64,000 nt of DNA from Candidatus Paceibacter sp. (GTDB lineage: Bacteria > Patescibacteriota > Minisyncoccia > Phycocordibacterales > BOKC01). The position numbers and the translations under genes were made by a program. The notes below the pieces were generated by a model. It saw nothing but the letters and a program-made list of their open reading frames with translations. It had not been told where the DNA came from and did not search any database. This document shows positions 50,365 to 59,733 of the stretch, piece after piece. The stretch's first letter is position 1. Each line of letters opens with the position of its first letter. The stretch is taken from positions 3,038 to 67,037 of the forward strand of contig DYGD01000002.1 of assembly GCA_020724885.1 (NCBI GenBank). The letters run 5' to 3'.

Positions 50365-50431
50365 GAATTCGCATGAGCAACGTTTGTAATGGAGATGTTG
50401 CTAAAAATAAAACCTAAGTAATGACTGAAGC

Positions 50432-51754
50432 TTAGTACAGAGTCCGCCAAGCATAGTTATTTGTCGCGTCTTTGGCACAAACAGAAACATTGTCTTTTAC
50501 ACCGGTTGCTCCTTGCTCAAACCAAAAAGTGCCACGGAAAGTCACCGAGCAAGCGGGCCTGGTATTTGCCGGAGGTAAGACCTTTACTCCACCGCTAACC
50601 TCCAACTTGGTCCCCGGATTGGTTGTGCCGATGCCAATATTTCCATTGCTATTTATCATAAACTCCGGGATCTGGCTTTGATCTTGTCTGATAGTAAAAG
50701 AACCCTGGCGAGTGCCGTCATTACTTACTTCCCAATTTCCTTCTCTGTTTACTAGTTTAACCAAAGAATTTTCTTGGACACCTCCAGATTCTATTAAAAT
50801 ACCCGACCAACCATCCGGACGGAAAATATGTAGTTTAAAAACTGGTTGAGTAGTACCTAATCCGACATTACCATTCGGAGCTATTCTTAAATGCTCTGCA
50901 TTATTAGTGCCTAAGCGAAGATAGCCGTTTTCATAATTCCAAATGGTGGCATTTACTTGATTATTGTTTACTCCAACCAACAAACCATCGTTTGCGCCAT
51001 GTCCGGTCACATTGTTAGTAAACAACGCGGAACTTTCACCTGTGCCATCAACAGCGACATGAAGTTTTCTAAAAGGATTTTCTGTGCCAATACCCAGCTG
51101 GCCTTCAAAAGAACTGTTATTATTTAGATACTGCCTAAAACTGCCGACCGAGACAACTCCTTGTCCAAAAGTGCTAATACCAAAAACTCCAGTGCCATGT
51201 TGACTAGACCCCATTATTCCCTTTCCAAACTCGCTAACTCCTTTTATTCCTGCTCCTGCGATAAAAGGGTTTTTACTATATCCATATATAGCAGTAGGAG
51301 TCTCCGGGCCGTTAGGACCATCTACTTCTTCTACCGCAACTACCTCTAATTTTATCGGGAGAGGTGGTGTCCAGTCATCGCCAATATGAACCAGTCCGCC
51401 AAAGTTTTTTAGAAAACTATCCGCCACCCACTTCTTACCATCACACCTGACTGTTTGCCCTAATATTCCAACCGGAAGAGGTGTCTGACCGCACAAACTT
51501 TTCACATCCACCGGGTCCACTCTATTTAACAAGTCATCTTTTTGTTCAATTAAGCGATGGGTATCTGCCTGTGTTTGATTAGATAATTGCGCCGGACGAA
51601 GCAACCTGACATTGGTTACTTGGCCCAAAAAATTTCCCATCAATTCTTGAAATCGCTCTAGCAAAGTCGCTTGTTCAGCTTGATTTTGAGCATTAACCGG
51701 AAGAAAAGGAAGAACCATGCCTAAAACCAAAACTGCCATTAAAAATTTTTTCAT
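50432..51754 (-). CDS. Secreted fibre/adhesin-like protein with GNVGIGTT repeats
   Basis: Signal peptide; GQLGIGTENP, GNVGLGTTQP and GNIGIGTTNP repeats; C-terminal RPAC....RGTFWF...VC.K...Y.W domain. Confidence 0.8.
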   Translation of the reverse strand: MKKFLMAVLVLGMVLPFLPVNAQNQAEQATLLERFQELMGNFLGQVTNVRLLRPAQLSNQTQADTHRLIEQKDDLLNRVDPVDVKSLCGQTPLPVGILGQTVRCDGKKWVADSFLKNFGGLVHIGDDWTPPLPIKLEVVAVEEVDGPNGPETPTAIYGYSKNPFIAGAGIKGVSEFGKGIMGSSQHGTGVFGISTFGQGVVSVGSFRQYLNNNSSFEGQLGIGTENPFRKLHVAVDGTGESSALFTNNVTGHGANDGLLVGVNNNQVNATIWNYENGYLRLGTNNAEHLRIAPNGNVGLGTTQPVFKLHIFRPDGWSGILIESGGVQENSLVKLVNREGNWEVSNDGTRQGSFTIRQDQSQIPEFMINSNGNIGIGTTNPGTKLEVSGGVKVLPPANTRPACSVTFRGTFWFEQGATGVKDNVSVCAKDATNNYAWRTLY

Positions 51755-51799
51755 TAATTTTTATTTAATAAACTAATAAAGAAAGACCTTAAAATTAAA

Positions 51800-53518
51800 C
51801 TACATTTTCTCCGGCACCTCAATCCCCAATAGCCACAATCCATTTTGGAGAGTAATAAAAACCGCTTCGGTTAAGGCAATTTTATAAGGAGAATTTTTGT
51901 CTGTTTTATCCACAATTTTTTCTTTAGCGTAAAAGCCGTTGAACTCGCCGGCCAGCTCAATCAAATATGTAGCCAATTTTTGCGGCGCAAATTCTTTCGC
52001 CGCCTCTTCCACCACTTCCGGAAACTTATAAAGTAATCTTTCTACATTATTTATCTCCGTTGATTCAGAATTGGCAGACGGCTTAATCTTTTCCTGCCCG
52101 GCTTTTTCTAAAACTGATTTGGCGCGCACCGCCGAATACTGCAAGTACGGACCGGAGTCGCCCTCAAACGAGAGCGATTTTTCAAAATCAAAAACAATAT
52201 TTTTGCCCGGCGCTTGTTTTAAAATTGAATACTTGAGCGCGGCAACGGCAACTTTGTCGGCAACATCTTCTTTATTTTCTATCTCACGCTCCGCCATTTT
52301 TTGAAGAGCCAGATTATGAAGCTGATTTAAAAGCTCTTCCCCGCCAATGATGTTGCCGGTCCGCGAAGACATCCGGCCTTCGGAAAGACGCAAGCGACCG
52401 TGAGACAAGTGTTCAATTTTTCCTTTGAGTTTAGGAAAAACAAATTCAGACGCTTTAACAACCACTTTATAATATTCGGACTGCTCAACATCGGTAACAG
52501 TAATGGAACGGTCAAATTTAAAAAACTTGCGCTTCAATTCAATTAACCCTAAATCTTTAGCTTCATAAGTCGGCAGGCCTTCGGAATTTATGAAAACGCG
52601 GGTGTGAAGGCCTGATTTCTCACCAGATAAAATTATTGCATTTTCACTTTTCTCAAACATGCCTTCAGCTAAAAATTTGGCGACCAATTTCCGGCCGACT
52701 TCTCCCGCTTCGCTTTCAAAAAAACTGGCGTCAAATTTGCTACCGAGCCGAGTGTAAATTTTTTTAAAATGACTAAGAGAGAGCTCCAGTCCTTTTTTAT
52801 AAATTTCGTTTATCTCCGGGTCGCTCTGTTCGTAGATTTTTTTGTTTATTTCTACAATTTCTTTTCTAGCTGCCTCATCTGCTTCATAAGCTCTATCCCC
52901 TTCCGCATACGCTTTTCCAAGAATTTCTATCGTAAGCTGTTGACTGCTCGTTGTAGAGGTTGTTGGTTGTAGAGGTTGTTGGTTGATTAATGCCCAAACC
53001 ACCTTGGCAACATGAAGCCCGACATCGCCGTGATAAGTCGCTCTTTTAAGTTTTGGCCCTTCCGCTTCAATAAGGCGAGAAACTGCTTCACCGACAATGT
53101 TGTTTACCAAGTGGCCAATATGAAAAACTTTAAAAGGATTCGGCTGGGTGTATTCAATTATTATTTTCTGTCCAACTAGATTCTTGTTCAAACCAAAATC
53201 TTTTTTCTCTTTTAGAATTTCTTTTGTTGAAGAAATAAAAAAATCTTTTGAAAGATAAAAATTTATAAATCCCGGCCCGGCGATTTCGATTTTTTGCAAA
53301 AAATCGAAATCGCCCTGGGTTCGCCGAAGAATAGACACGATTTTCTCCGCCAACTCTCTTGGGTTTTTGCCTAAATCTTTGGCATATAAAAGCGAAACAT
53401 TGGATGAAAAATCGCCGTGAGAAATTTCGGCCGGGTGCTCAAGCTCCACTTTTGGATTTTCTACCCCAAAATCTTCCAGCGCCCTCTTTATTAAATTTTC
53501 CAATTTTTCTTTAATCAC
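51800..53518 (-). CDS. argS: Arginine--tRNA ligase
   Basis: HGDFSSN, AGPGFINF, PNPFKVFHIGH, MSSRTGN, GDSGPYLQY and GIEVPEKM motifs. Confidence 0.96.
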   Translation of the reverse strand: MIKEKLENLIKRALEDFGVENPKVELEHPAEISHGDFSSNVSLLYAKDLGKNPRELAEKIVSILRRTQGDFDFLQKIEIAGPGFINFYLSKDFFISSTKEILKEKKDFGLNKNLVGQKIIIEYTQPNPFKVFHIGHLVNNIVGEAVSRLIEAEGPKLKRATYHGDVGLHVAKVVWALINQQPLQPTTSTTSSQQLTIEILGKAYAEGDRAYEADEAARKEIVEINKKIYEQSDPEINEIYKKGLELSLSHFKKIYTRLGSKFDASFFESEAGEVGRKLVAKFLAEGMFEKSENAIILSGEKSGLHTRVFINSEGLPTYEAKDLGLIELKRKFFKFDRSITVTDVEQSEYYKVVVKASEFVFPKLKGKIEHLSHGRLRLSEGRMSSRTGNIIGGEELLNQLHNLALQKMAEREIENKEDVADKVAVAALKYSILKQAPGKNIVFDFEKSLSFEGDSGPYLQYSAVRAKSVLEKAGQEKIKPSANSESTEINNVERLLYKFPEVVEEAAKEFAPQKLATYLIELAGEFNGFYAKEKIVDKTDKNSPYKIALTEAVFITLQNGLWLLGIEVPEKM

Positions 53519-53595
53519 TATGAAATTTTAGCACACCAAAAGAAAGGGGCTGGTGCTTCACACCAAACCCCGATGGGAGAGTGTCTGACGACGCT

Positions 53596-53868
53596 TCATC
53601 GCTTTCTTCGGCAACCGCGTCGGGTGCACTGTTGTCCTCGGATGTACCTTTTGCAGTTTTGGAGAAGAATTTCCTCCGGCAAGTCCATCCTGCCGGCGCC
53701 GCCGGCGACTTCAGGTAATGCGCGGTTATACAATCGGCAATCCAGGAGCCAACAGCGAGCGTTCCCCTCCGCTCTCTTGTGAGAGCGAATCAGTTCCCTT
53801 AAGCGCCGGATCTCCTGCCCCCTTTGTCCAGAAGTCATTTTTTTGATATCCGGATCGAGTTTTCCCAC
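53596..53868 (-). CDS. Hypothetical basic Cys-containing protein
   Basis: 90 aa, AGGAGGT before GTG, GC-richer than its neighbours. Confidence 0.6.
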   Translation of the reverse strand: MGKLDPDIKKMTSGQRGQEIRRLRELIRSHKRAEGNARCWLLDCRLYNRALPEVAGGAGRMDLPEEILLQNCKRYIRGQQCTRRGCRRKR

Positions 53869-54002
53869 CAGACACCTCCTTCAGTGTGTTGCGTGTTCCG
53901 TGTCCTGTTCCGTGTTCCGTTTCTTGTTCCACTTCTCAATATATCATATTTCGCTTATCTAAAATTATCTAAAAAACCACTTCTACCCAACAAAAATAAC
54001 GA

Positions 54003-54838
54003 AATAACGACATCGTAAGTCATTATTTTTTAATCTTCCAAAATTAAATCCTTAATATCAAAAATATTCTCTGAGTCAAGCTCTTTCAACCATTCGGCTA
54101 TACCTTTTTTGTAATTTTTTGCTCCACCCCAGAAATCATTTAAAAGATTGCGTTGAGTTACTGAAGGGAAATTTTTATTGTCCATATAATCCAGATGGCT
54201 AGACCAGCGATAACTGTTTAAAAATTTCATAGCTTCGCGGACACTTCTTAATTCTCCGCTTCGCCATTCTTTAAATTTTAGATCAAGTGGATTCAAATGA
54301 ATATAGTATGGTAGATGAATAAAATGAGCATCGTTATTAACAATAATTGACTTATATCTTCCTTCAAATAAGGTGCCCGTTCTTTTATAACGTTCGTTGA
54401 AATACTTAGCGTAGCCGATATTTAATTTTTTCATAAACTGCGAAATGCCTCGCTCTATTCTCGGTCGCAGAAGCAAGTGGTAGTGATTAGGCATCAAACA
54501 AAAAGCAAGAAGATCAACCAGTAATTTTCTCGGTCGCTTTTTCACATTAATATGATGACTTACGATGTTGTTATTTTGAGAAAAGCGGTGAAATGAATTA
54601 TTTACCGGTTGTTGATCGTTAAATTCAAATAAGTCGTGGATAAATCTCATTCGATCACGATCATCCATAAAAATTTTTCGTCGATCAACACCCCGACTCA
54701 AAACATGATAAATCTCGCTCATATCATATTATGACAATTAATCTTTTTTTATTTAAATAATTTGATTTCTTTTAAATTTTAACCAAATTAATAATAACAT
54801 ACCACTACAACAAACATAACGACTTACGATGTCATTAT
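54003..54838. repeat. REP-like imperfect palindromes around and within the RAYT gene
   Basis: ATAAYGACTTACGATGTCRTTAT-type copies at 54004-54026 (inverted), 54552-54574 and 54816-54838; a fourth, diverged copy at 2621-2643. Confidence 0.8.
54030..54722 (-). CDS. REP-associated tyrosine transposase (RAYT, HUH Y1 family)
   Basis: YHVLSRG, FCLMPNHYHLL (HUH), GTLFEGRYKS and YIHLNP motifs. Confidence 0.92.
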   Translation of the reverse strand: MSEIYHVLSRGVDRRKIFMDDRDRMRFIHDLFEFNDQQPVNNSFHRFSQNNNIVSHHINVKKRPRKLLVDLLAFCLMPNHYHLLLRPRIERGISQFMKKLNIGYAKYFNERYKRTGTLFEGRYKSIIVNNDAHFIHLPYYIHLNPLDLKFKEWRSGELRSVREAMKFLNSYRWSSHLDYMDNKNFPSVTQRNLLNDFWGGAKNYKKGIAEWLKELDSENIFDIKDLILED

Positions 54839-54947
54839 ATTTGATATTAAAATAGGAGATGTTTTTCTAAGCTTCTATAATCTCCTAATTTTTGTTTTTT
54901 ACTCTAATATCCTCCCCTATTAGCTATTGGATTGAAGTGGTTTAAGC

Positions 54948-55376
54948 TTATTTCCTCCCCGTGCTTCCCCACCGACCCTCGCCACGACTGGATGTAGAGA
55001 GTTCTTCAACTTGCTCAAAAGCAACAATCTCCACCGGACAAACCACCAATTGAGCGATTTTGTCGCCTTTTTCAATTTTGTATGGTTCGGAGCCCAGATT
55101 AACCAAATGAACATTATACTCGCCACGATAACCGGCATCATAAACCCCACCCATGGTTGAAAGACCGGCTTTGGCCATACTGCCTTTATCCCAAATCAAC
55201 GCCGCATATCCTTCCGGAAATTCCATAGCAAACCCGAGAAAAAAAATGTGGTGTTCGCCCGAATTTAAAACTTTGTCTTCCAAAGAATACAAATCCATTC
55301 CTACATCGCCCGGATGAGCATAGGAAGGAAGTTTGGACTCTGGATTTAATATTTTTATTTTAAAAATTTGAGGCAT
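54948..55376 (-). CDS. dut: dUTP diphosphatase
   Basis: GMDL, GGVYDAGYRGE, KIAQL and RGEGRWGSTG motifs. Confidence 0.93.
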   Translation of the reverse strand: MPQIFKIKILNPESKLPSYAHPGDVGMDLYSLEDKVLNSGEHHIFFLGFAMEFPEGYAALIWDKGSMAKAGLSTMGGVYDAGYRGEYNVHLVNLGSEPYKIEKGDKIAQLVVCPVEIVAFEQVEELSTSSRGEGRWGSTGRK

Positions 55377-55508
55377 AAGTAATTTTGGATATTTGAATAA
55401 GTAAACAAATGAATAACAGAATTTTAACATGGAATGAAAAAGGCGCCCGCGACCGGAGGGGGTCACAGGCGCCGTTGGAGAGAACACAGAGTACGAGCTC
55501 TTCATTCG

Positions 55509-56087
55509 TCAGAAGAAGACGATCACGATAGTTGGTTTTTTGAATCTGCAGGTGTTGTTTGTGGAGTCGGTGCATTCCTGCACCTTCTCGCACCGGAGTC
55601 GTGTACAGCCCATGCTGATCCCATCGTCGCAATCGCATGCGTCTGCGACGATGACATTGGCCTTTCCCTGCGCCATGAAGAACTGCTTGGCCTTCATGGC
55701 GACCAGAGAGCCGTCCACGAAGTGGATGTCAATCCACATCGTGATTCTCCCGCCTTCCAAGCCAACGTCGGCCTCGATTGCGAAGATGTCGCTCGCCTCC
55801 GGATCGGGCGAGATAGCGAGGAAGGTGATGCGGTCGGTTTCGACATTGACCGCCTGCTCGGCAGTCGTGAACTCCACCGAGCCGTAGCCGTTGGAGACGC
55901 TGATCTGGATGCCATCCCAGCTGATGCGGAGACCGCCTTCCAGGTAGAAGAGATCCCCGATGGGGATCTCTTCCTGGATTGTGGAGACGGGAGTCGGCTC
56001 GTCAGAGTAGACCACCTGCCCGCTCACGAGGAGCGGACAGAACATCATGGCGACAACCGCCACCAGAATCGAGAGGACTTGCTTCAT
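55509..56087 (-). CDS. Secreted hypothetical protein with Cys-rich C-terminus (GC-rich islet)
   Basis: Signal peptide, AAGGAG SD and six Cys in the last ~40 aa. Confidence 0.75.
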   Translation of the reverse strand: MKQVLSILVAVVAMMFCPLLVSGQVVYSDEPTPVSTIQEEIPIGDLFYLEGGLRISWDGIQISVSNGYGSVEFTTAEQAVNVETDRITFLAISPDPEASDIFAIEADVGLEGGRITMWIDIHFVDGSLVAMKAKQFFMAQGKANVIVADACDCDDGISMGCTRLRCEKVQECTDSTNNTCRFKKPTIVIVFF

Positions 56088-56117
56088 GGTTTTTCACTCC
56101 TTGTGTTTTGTCTTGAC

Positions 56118-57050
56118 TCACTCACGGATGTCCCACTCGTACGTCCGAGTGGTCAGCAGACCGGACTGGTATTTTCCTTTCCGGTTGTGGATTCTGAAGT
56201 TCTCCTTTCCGACCATAAGCCCGGTCTCGGCATCCAGGAAGTAGGTGTTGGCGCCGAAAGACACACCGTGGTGTCCTTCTTCAGCGTCCTCTTCGACATC
56301 GTCGTAGAACAGACAGTAGGCCCTGTAGAGTTTGCGACCACTTGGATCAGTCACCGAGTCCAGTAACTGACCTCGGCTGGCGATGACTTTGGCGATGCTG
56401 TCGGCTTCGCCGTTCTGCCAGATCACCCAGGCCTCGGCGTTGGCGCCACAGGCAGCTGGCAGTCCGACAAGCGCCGGATTGCCCAAGACATTCTCCGCTT
56501 GGTCAATCCATTCCTCGTCGTAGAAATCCGACAAGGGGAACGATCCGGACTGCCAAGTGATTCTATTAGACTGCGAAGTGGAACCGTTCAGGAGATTTTC
56601 CACCGAACCGACCGGCCGACCAGTGTCCTCATCCGCCTTGATGCAGATCACAGAAACCGGTTCATCAGAGATGTCGGGTCGGTAGACCTTCGACTCCAAG
56701 CTTCTTGGTGTTGTAGAGATGAATGAGACGATTCTGATCGAGATGTATGTGCCCTTCTCGCCAGCCGCGAGCGCTTGTTGGCTAGCCACTCGGGCATCTC
56801 TTTCTCCAAATTCTCCGTCTTCAAGACCCATTTCGTAGTAGATGACGTCCTCGGTCATCTTGATCTGTATCTCGTGAGACGAGTTGACCGCCTCACGGAA
56901 CCGCTCCGCGAGAATCTTGGCGTCCATCTCTTCCGTAGAGGTGGCGGCCGGTGGCGCGCTCTGATTGGTCTCCTCATCCTGCTGAGGACCGGTAGGATTA
57001 ACCAACAGAGCAAGCACCGCCAAAACCGCAGAGACCGTTTGTGCTTTCAT
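56118..57050 (-). CDS. Secreted hypothetical protein (GC-rich islet)
   Basis: Signal peptide, GGGAG SD and promoter TTGACA-16-TATACT at 57159-57132. Confidence 0.75.
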   Translation of the reverse strand: MKAQTVSAVLAVLALLVNPTGPQQDEETNQSAPPAATSTEEMDAKILAERFREAVNSSHEIQIKMTEDVIYYEMGLEDGEFGERDARVASQQALAAGEKGTYISIRIVSFISTTPRSLESKVYRPDISDEPVSVICIKADEDTGRPVGSVENLLNGSTSQSNRITWQSGSFPLSDFYDEEWIDQAENVLGNPALVGLPAACGANAEAWVIWQNGEADSIAKVIASRGQLLDSVTDPSGRKLYRAYCLFYDDVEEDAEEGHHGVSFGANTYFLDAETGLMVGKENFRIHNRKGKYQSGLLTTRTYEWDIRE

Positions 57051-57197
57051 ATATGCTCTCCCTTTTCGAGGTGCAGGCAAACCAACCATCAACCGAAACG
57101 CTCGGTTGCGATTAGTTTTAAGTCCATTTTCAGTATAGGAAGTTGGGGCAGCTTGTCAAGAGGTAGATTCAGGGCTGGGGATTACCGCTTCGAGTTC

Positions 57198-58370
57198 TTA
57201 ATTTCTTAAAATTTTATCAATATGTCGAGCTACCCGAATCATATCCTTCTCCGTCTTGCCACGAGTCGTTTCAGCCGCCGTGCCGAGCCGGATGCCAGAT
57301 GGGTCAATCGGACTTCTGGTGTCAAACGGGATGGTATTTTTGTTGACGATAATTCCGGCTTTTTCAAGTTTGTCGCTCGCAACTTTCCCGCTGATTCCTC
57401 TTCCATCCATCCAAACATCCACCAAAATTAAATGGGAATCAGTGCCACCGGAAATTATCCTCCAGCCCGACCGCGAAAGTTCATTGCTTAAAACTTTTGC
57501 ATTTTTAATAACTTGCTTGGCGTATTTTTTAAATTCGGGCGACATCGCTTCTTTGAGCGCAACAGCCGTCGCCGCGATTTGGTTCAAATGCGGCCCACCC
57601 TGAAGACCCGGAAAAACCGCTTTATCAATTTTTTTATTTAATTCCCTCTCATCAACTTTTGAAAAAATCATTGCTGCGCGGGGGCCACGCAAAGTTTTAT
57701 GAACGGTTGTCGTTACAACATCGGCATACAAAAAAGGCGACGGATAAACTCCGCCGGCAATCAGCCCGGCAATATGAGACATATCCACCATCAAAAACGC
57801 GCCACAACTATTTGCAATTTCTCTGAATTTTTTCCAATCAATTAAACGCGGATACGCGGTAAAACCGGCAACGATGATTTTTGGCTTTTCTTTTTGAGCA
57901 ATCTTTTTTAGTTCATCGTAATCCAAAACTTCCGTATTTTTATCAACTCCGAAAGACACTTGCCGCCAAATTTTACCGGTTGCCGACACCTTATGACCGT
58001 GGGTTAAGTGTCCGCCGTGGTCCAAAGACATTCCCATTATCTTCCCTCCGGTCGGGACAAGAGCCAAATAAACCACTAAATTTGCCGGACTGCCGGAAAG
58101 TGGCTGAACATTAACTGCCCACTCTTCCGGATTTAATCTAAAAAGTTTAAGCGCTCTTTTTTGGGCTAAAATTTCAATTTTGTCTGAAATTTCGTTACCG
58201 CCATAGTAGCGGAAATTCGGATAACCTTCGGCATATTTATTAGTCAATTCGGAGCCGAGAGATTTCAAAACATCTTTTGAAACATAATTCTCGGAAGCAA
58301 TTAAATTTATAACGTTTTTCTGCCTCTTGTTCTCGGCTTTGATGAGTTTTTCTACTTCTTTATCTTGCAT
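57198..58370 (-). CDS. glyA: Serine hydroxymethyltransferase
   Basis: LIASENY, NKYAEGYP, GGHLTHG, TTTVHKTLRGPR and SGIRLGT motifs. Confidence 0.97.
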   Translation of the reverse strand: MQDKEVEKLIKAENKRQKNVINLIASENYVSKDVLKSLGSELTNKYAEGYPNFRYYGGNEISDKIEILAQKRALKLFRLNPEEWAVNVQPLSGSPANLVVYLALVPTGGKIMGMSLDHGGHLTHGHKVSATGKIWRQVSFGVDKNTEVLDYDELKKIAQKEKPKIIVAGFTAYPRLIDWKKFREIANSCGAFLMVDMSHIAGLIAGGVYPSPFLYADVVTTTVHKTLRGPRAAMIFSKVDERELNKKIDKAVFPGLQGGPHLNQIAATAVALKEAMSPEFKKYAKQVIKNAKVLSNELSRSGWRIISGGTDSHLILVDVWMDGRGISGKVASDKLEKAGIIVNKNTIPFDTRSPIDPSGIRLGTAAETTRGKTEKDMIRVARHIDKILRN

Positions 58371-58435
58371 CCGAATTATGATAGCACAGCAACAGACACC
58401 CTGCCCCGCCAGAATCCCAGTAAAAGGAGCATTAC

Positions 58436-58645
58436 ATGGGTGAGAAAGATTTGGGAATCTGCACTTGTTCTTGCCATGAAGACGCCAACCGAAGCTGTCG
58501 CCAATGTGAGCAATGTGTGGAATGTCCTTCTTGCGAAACGTTCTTCACAGGACACAAACCCCTTGAGAGGCATCAGGATCCATGCAAAATGGCTCAAAAG
58601 CGATTTTCTCAACATCTCGCCAAGAAAATTCACAGAAAACGCTAG
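58436..58645 (+). CDS. Small Cys/His-rich putative metal-binding protein
   Basis: AAGGAG SD before ATG; CTCSCH, CRQCEQC and CPSC...H...H...C motifs. Confidence 0.55.
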   Translation: MGEKDLGICTCSCHEDANRSCRQCEQCVECPSCETFFTGHKPLERHQDPCKMAQKRFSQHLAKKIHRKR

Positions 58646-58715
58646 CACGGCACCGACTCAAGCGACCGCTAGACAGGTCACTTTTTTCATATCTAAAATC
58701 TTAGTCAAAAACCAC

Positions 58716-58755
58716 ATATTAACAATTTGTCACGGCCGTGTTAAATTGTTAATAT
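58716..58755. repeat. Palindrome, left flank of the PaaX-like gene
   Basis: ATATTAACAATTT-GT-CACGGCCGTG-TT-AAATTGTTAATAT. Confidence 0.85.
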
Positions 58756-58869
58756 TGTAAAAAATGTTAGAATACTATTAAAAGACAGATAGATTTTGGA
58801 TAGAAATAAAGGAAAGAAACAAAAGAGAAAAAAGAAAAGTAAGAAAATCAAAAAAGTGAAATTAAAATT

Positions 58870-59391
58870 ATGATATACAGAGGAACATTTACCGAGATAC
58901 TTCTTAAAATTTTACTCTACAAAACTCATACTTTTCGACAGGTGGAGGAAATGGTGAGAAGACATCGGCAGTTTGAAGATGTTTCCACCGACTCTATTCG
59001 AAGCACCCTTTCCCGACTTAAAAAGAAAAAGTTGGCGGTAAAAACATCGGCCGGCTGGTCGGCCAGTAATCTGGCTTTGGCTACCTTAGGAAGCAGGAGT
59101 GATTTTAACAAGATTAGCCGTCAGGCGACAAAAAACAATCAGAAAGGAAAATCGAGAGGAAAAGAAGTGGATGAAGACAGAATGATTGTAATGTATGACA
59201 TTCCGGAAAAACTAAGAAGTAAACGTGATCGATTGAGAGACGGATTAAAAATTCTAGGTTTCAAACAAAAGCAGCAAAGTGTCTGGATTGGACCGGCTCC
59301 TTTGCCTCGCGAATTTGTAGAGTTCCTTGGAGAATTAAGAATATTAAAATATATAAACTTTTTTCAGGTTAAGAGTGAAGATATTGTGTAA
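58870..59391 (+). CDS. PaaX-like regulator (wHTH plus Cas2-like ferredoxin domain)
   Basis: SIRSTLSRLKKK wHTH; IVMYDIPEK.R..RD.LR..L..LGF...QQSVW. Confidence 0.82.
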   Translation: MIYRGTFTEILLKILLYKTHTFRQVEEMVRRHRQFEDVSTDSIRSTLSRLKKKKLAVKTSAGWSASNLALATLGSRSDFNKISRQATKNNQKGKSRGKEVDEDRMIVMYDIPEKLRSKRDRLRDGLKILGFKQKQQSVWIGPAPLPREFVEFLGELRILKYINFFQVKSEDIV

Positions 59392-59557
59392 GAAAAAGTA
59401 AAAAAACAAAAAGGAGTAAAAAAGTTTCTTATTTAATCCCGCCACAGAATTCTCCATAGCCCGGCCAGTGAGATAGTTTATTTCTTATAAGATTACAATT
59501 CCAATTTGATATTTATTCTCAATCTTTTCTTATCTCATTTCTTATCTCATTCTCAAT

Positions 59558-59593
59558 CTTAACAATTTGCCACGGCCGTGGCAAATTGTTAAG
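59558..59593. repeat. Perfect 36-bp palindrome, right flank of the PaaX-like gene
   Basis: CTTAACAATTTGCCACGG|CCGTGGCAAATTGTTAAG. Confidence 0.9.
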
Positions 59594-59733
59594 GTGTGAT
59601 TTTTAATTAATTTTGATCACTAATTAGTAGCCATTTAGTTACTATTTTAATCAATTTTCAAGCTGTGGAATCTCAACCAAACTCAATCAAACCATACGGA
59701 AGAAGGATGGAAGGATAATTAAGACAGATAATT

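Noticed and set aside
55434-56366. 310-aa + strand ORF
   Set aside because: Antisense shadow of two GC-rich minus-strand genes that have SD sites, signal peptides and a promoter.
58870-59391. CRISPR-Cas locus (Cas2-like motif)
   Set aside because: No repeat-spacer array and no other cas genes; the N-terminal wHTH fits PaaX-like proteins.
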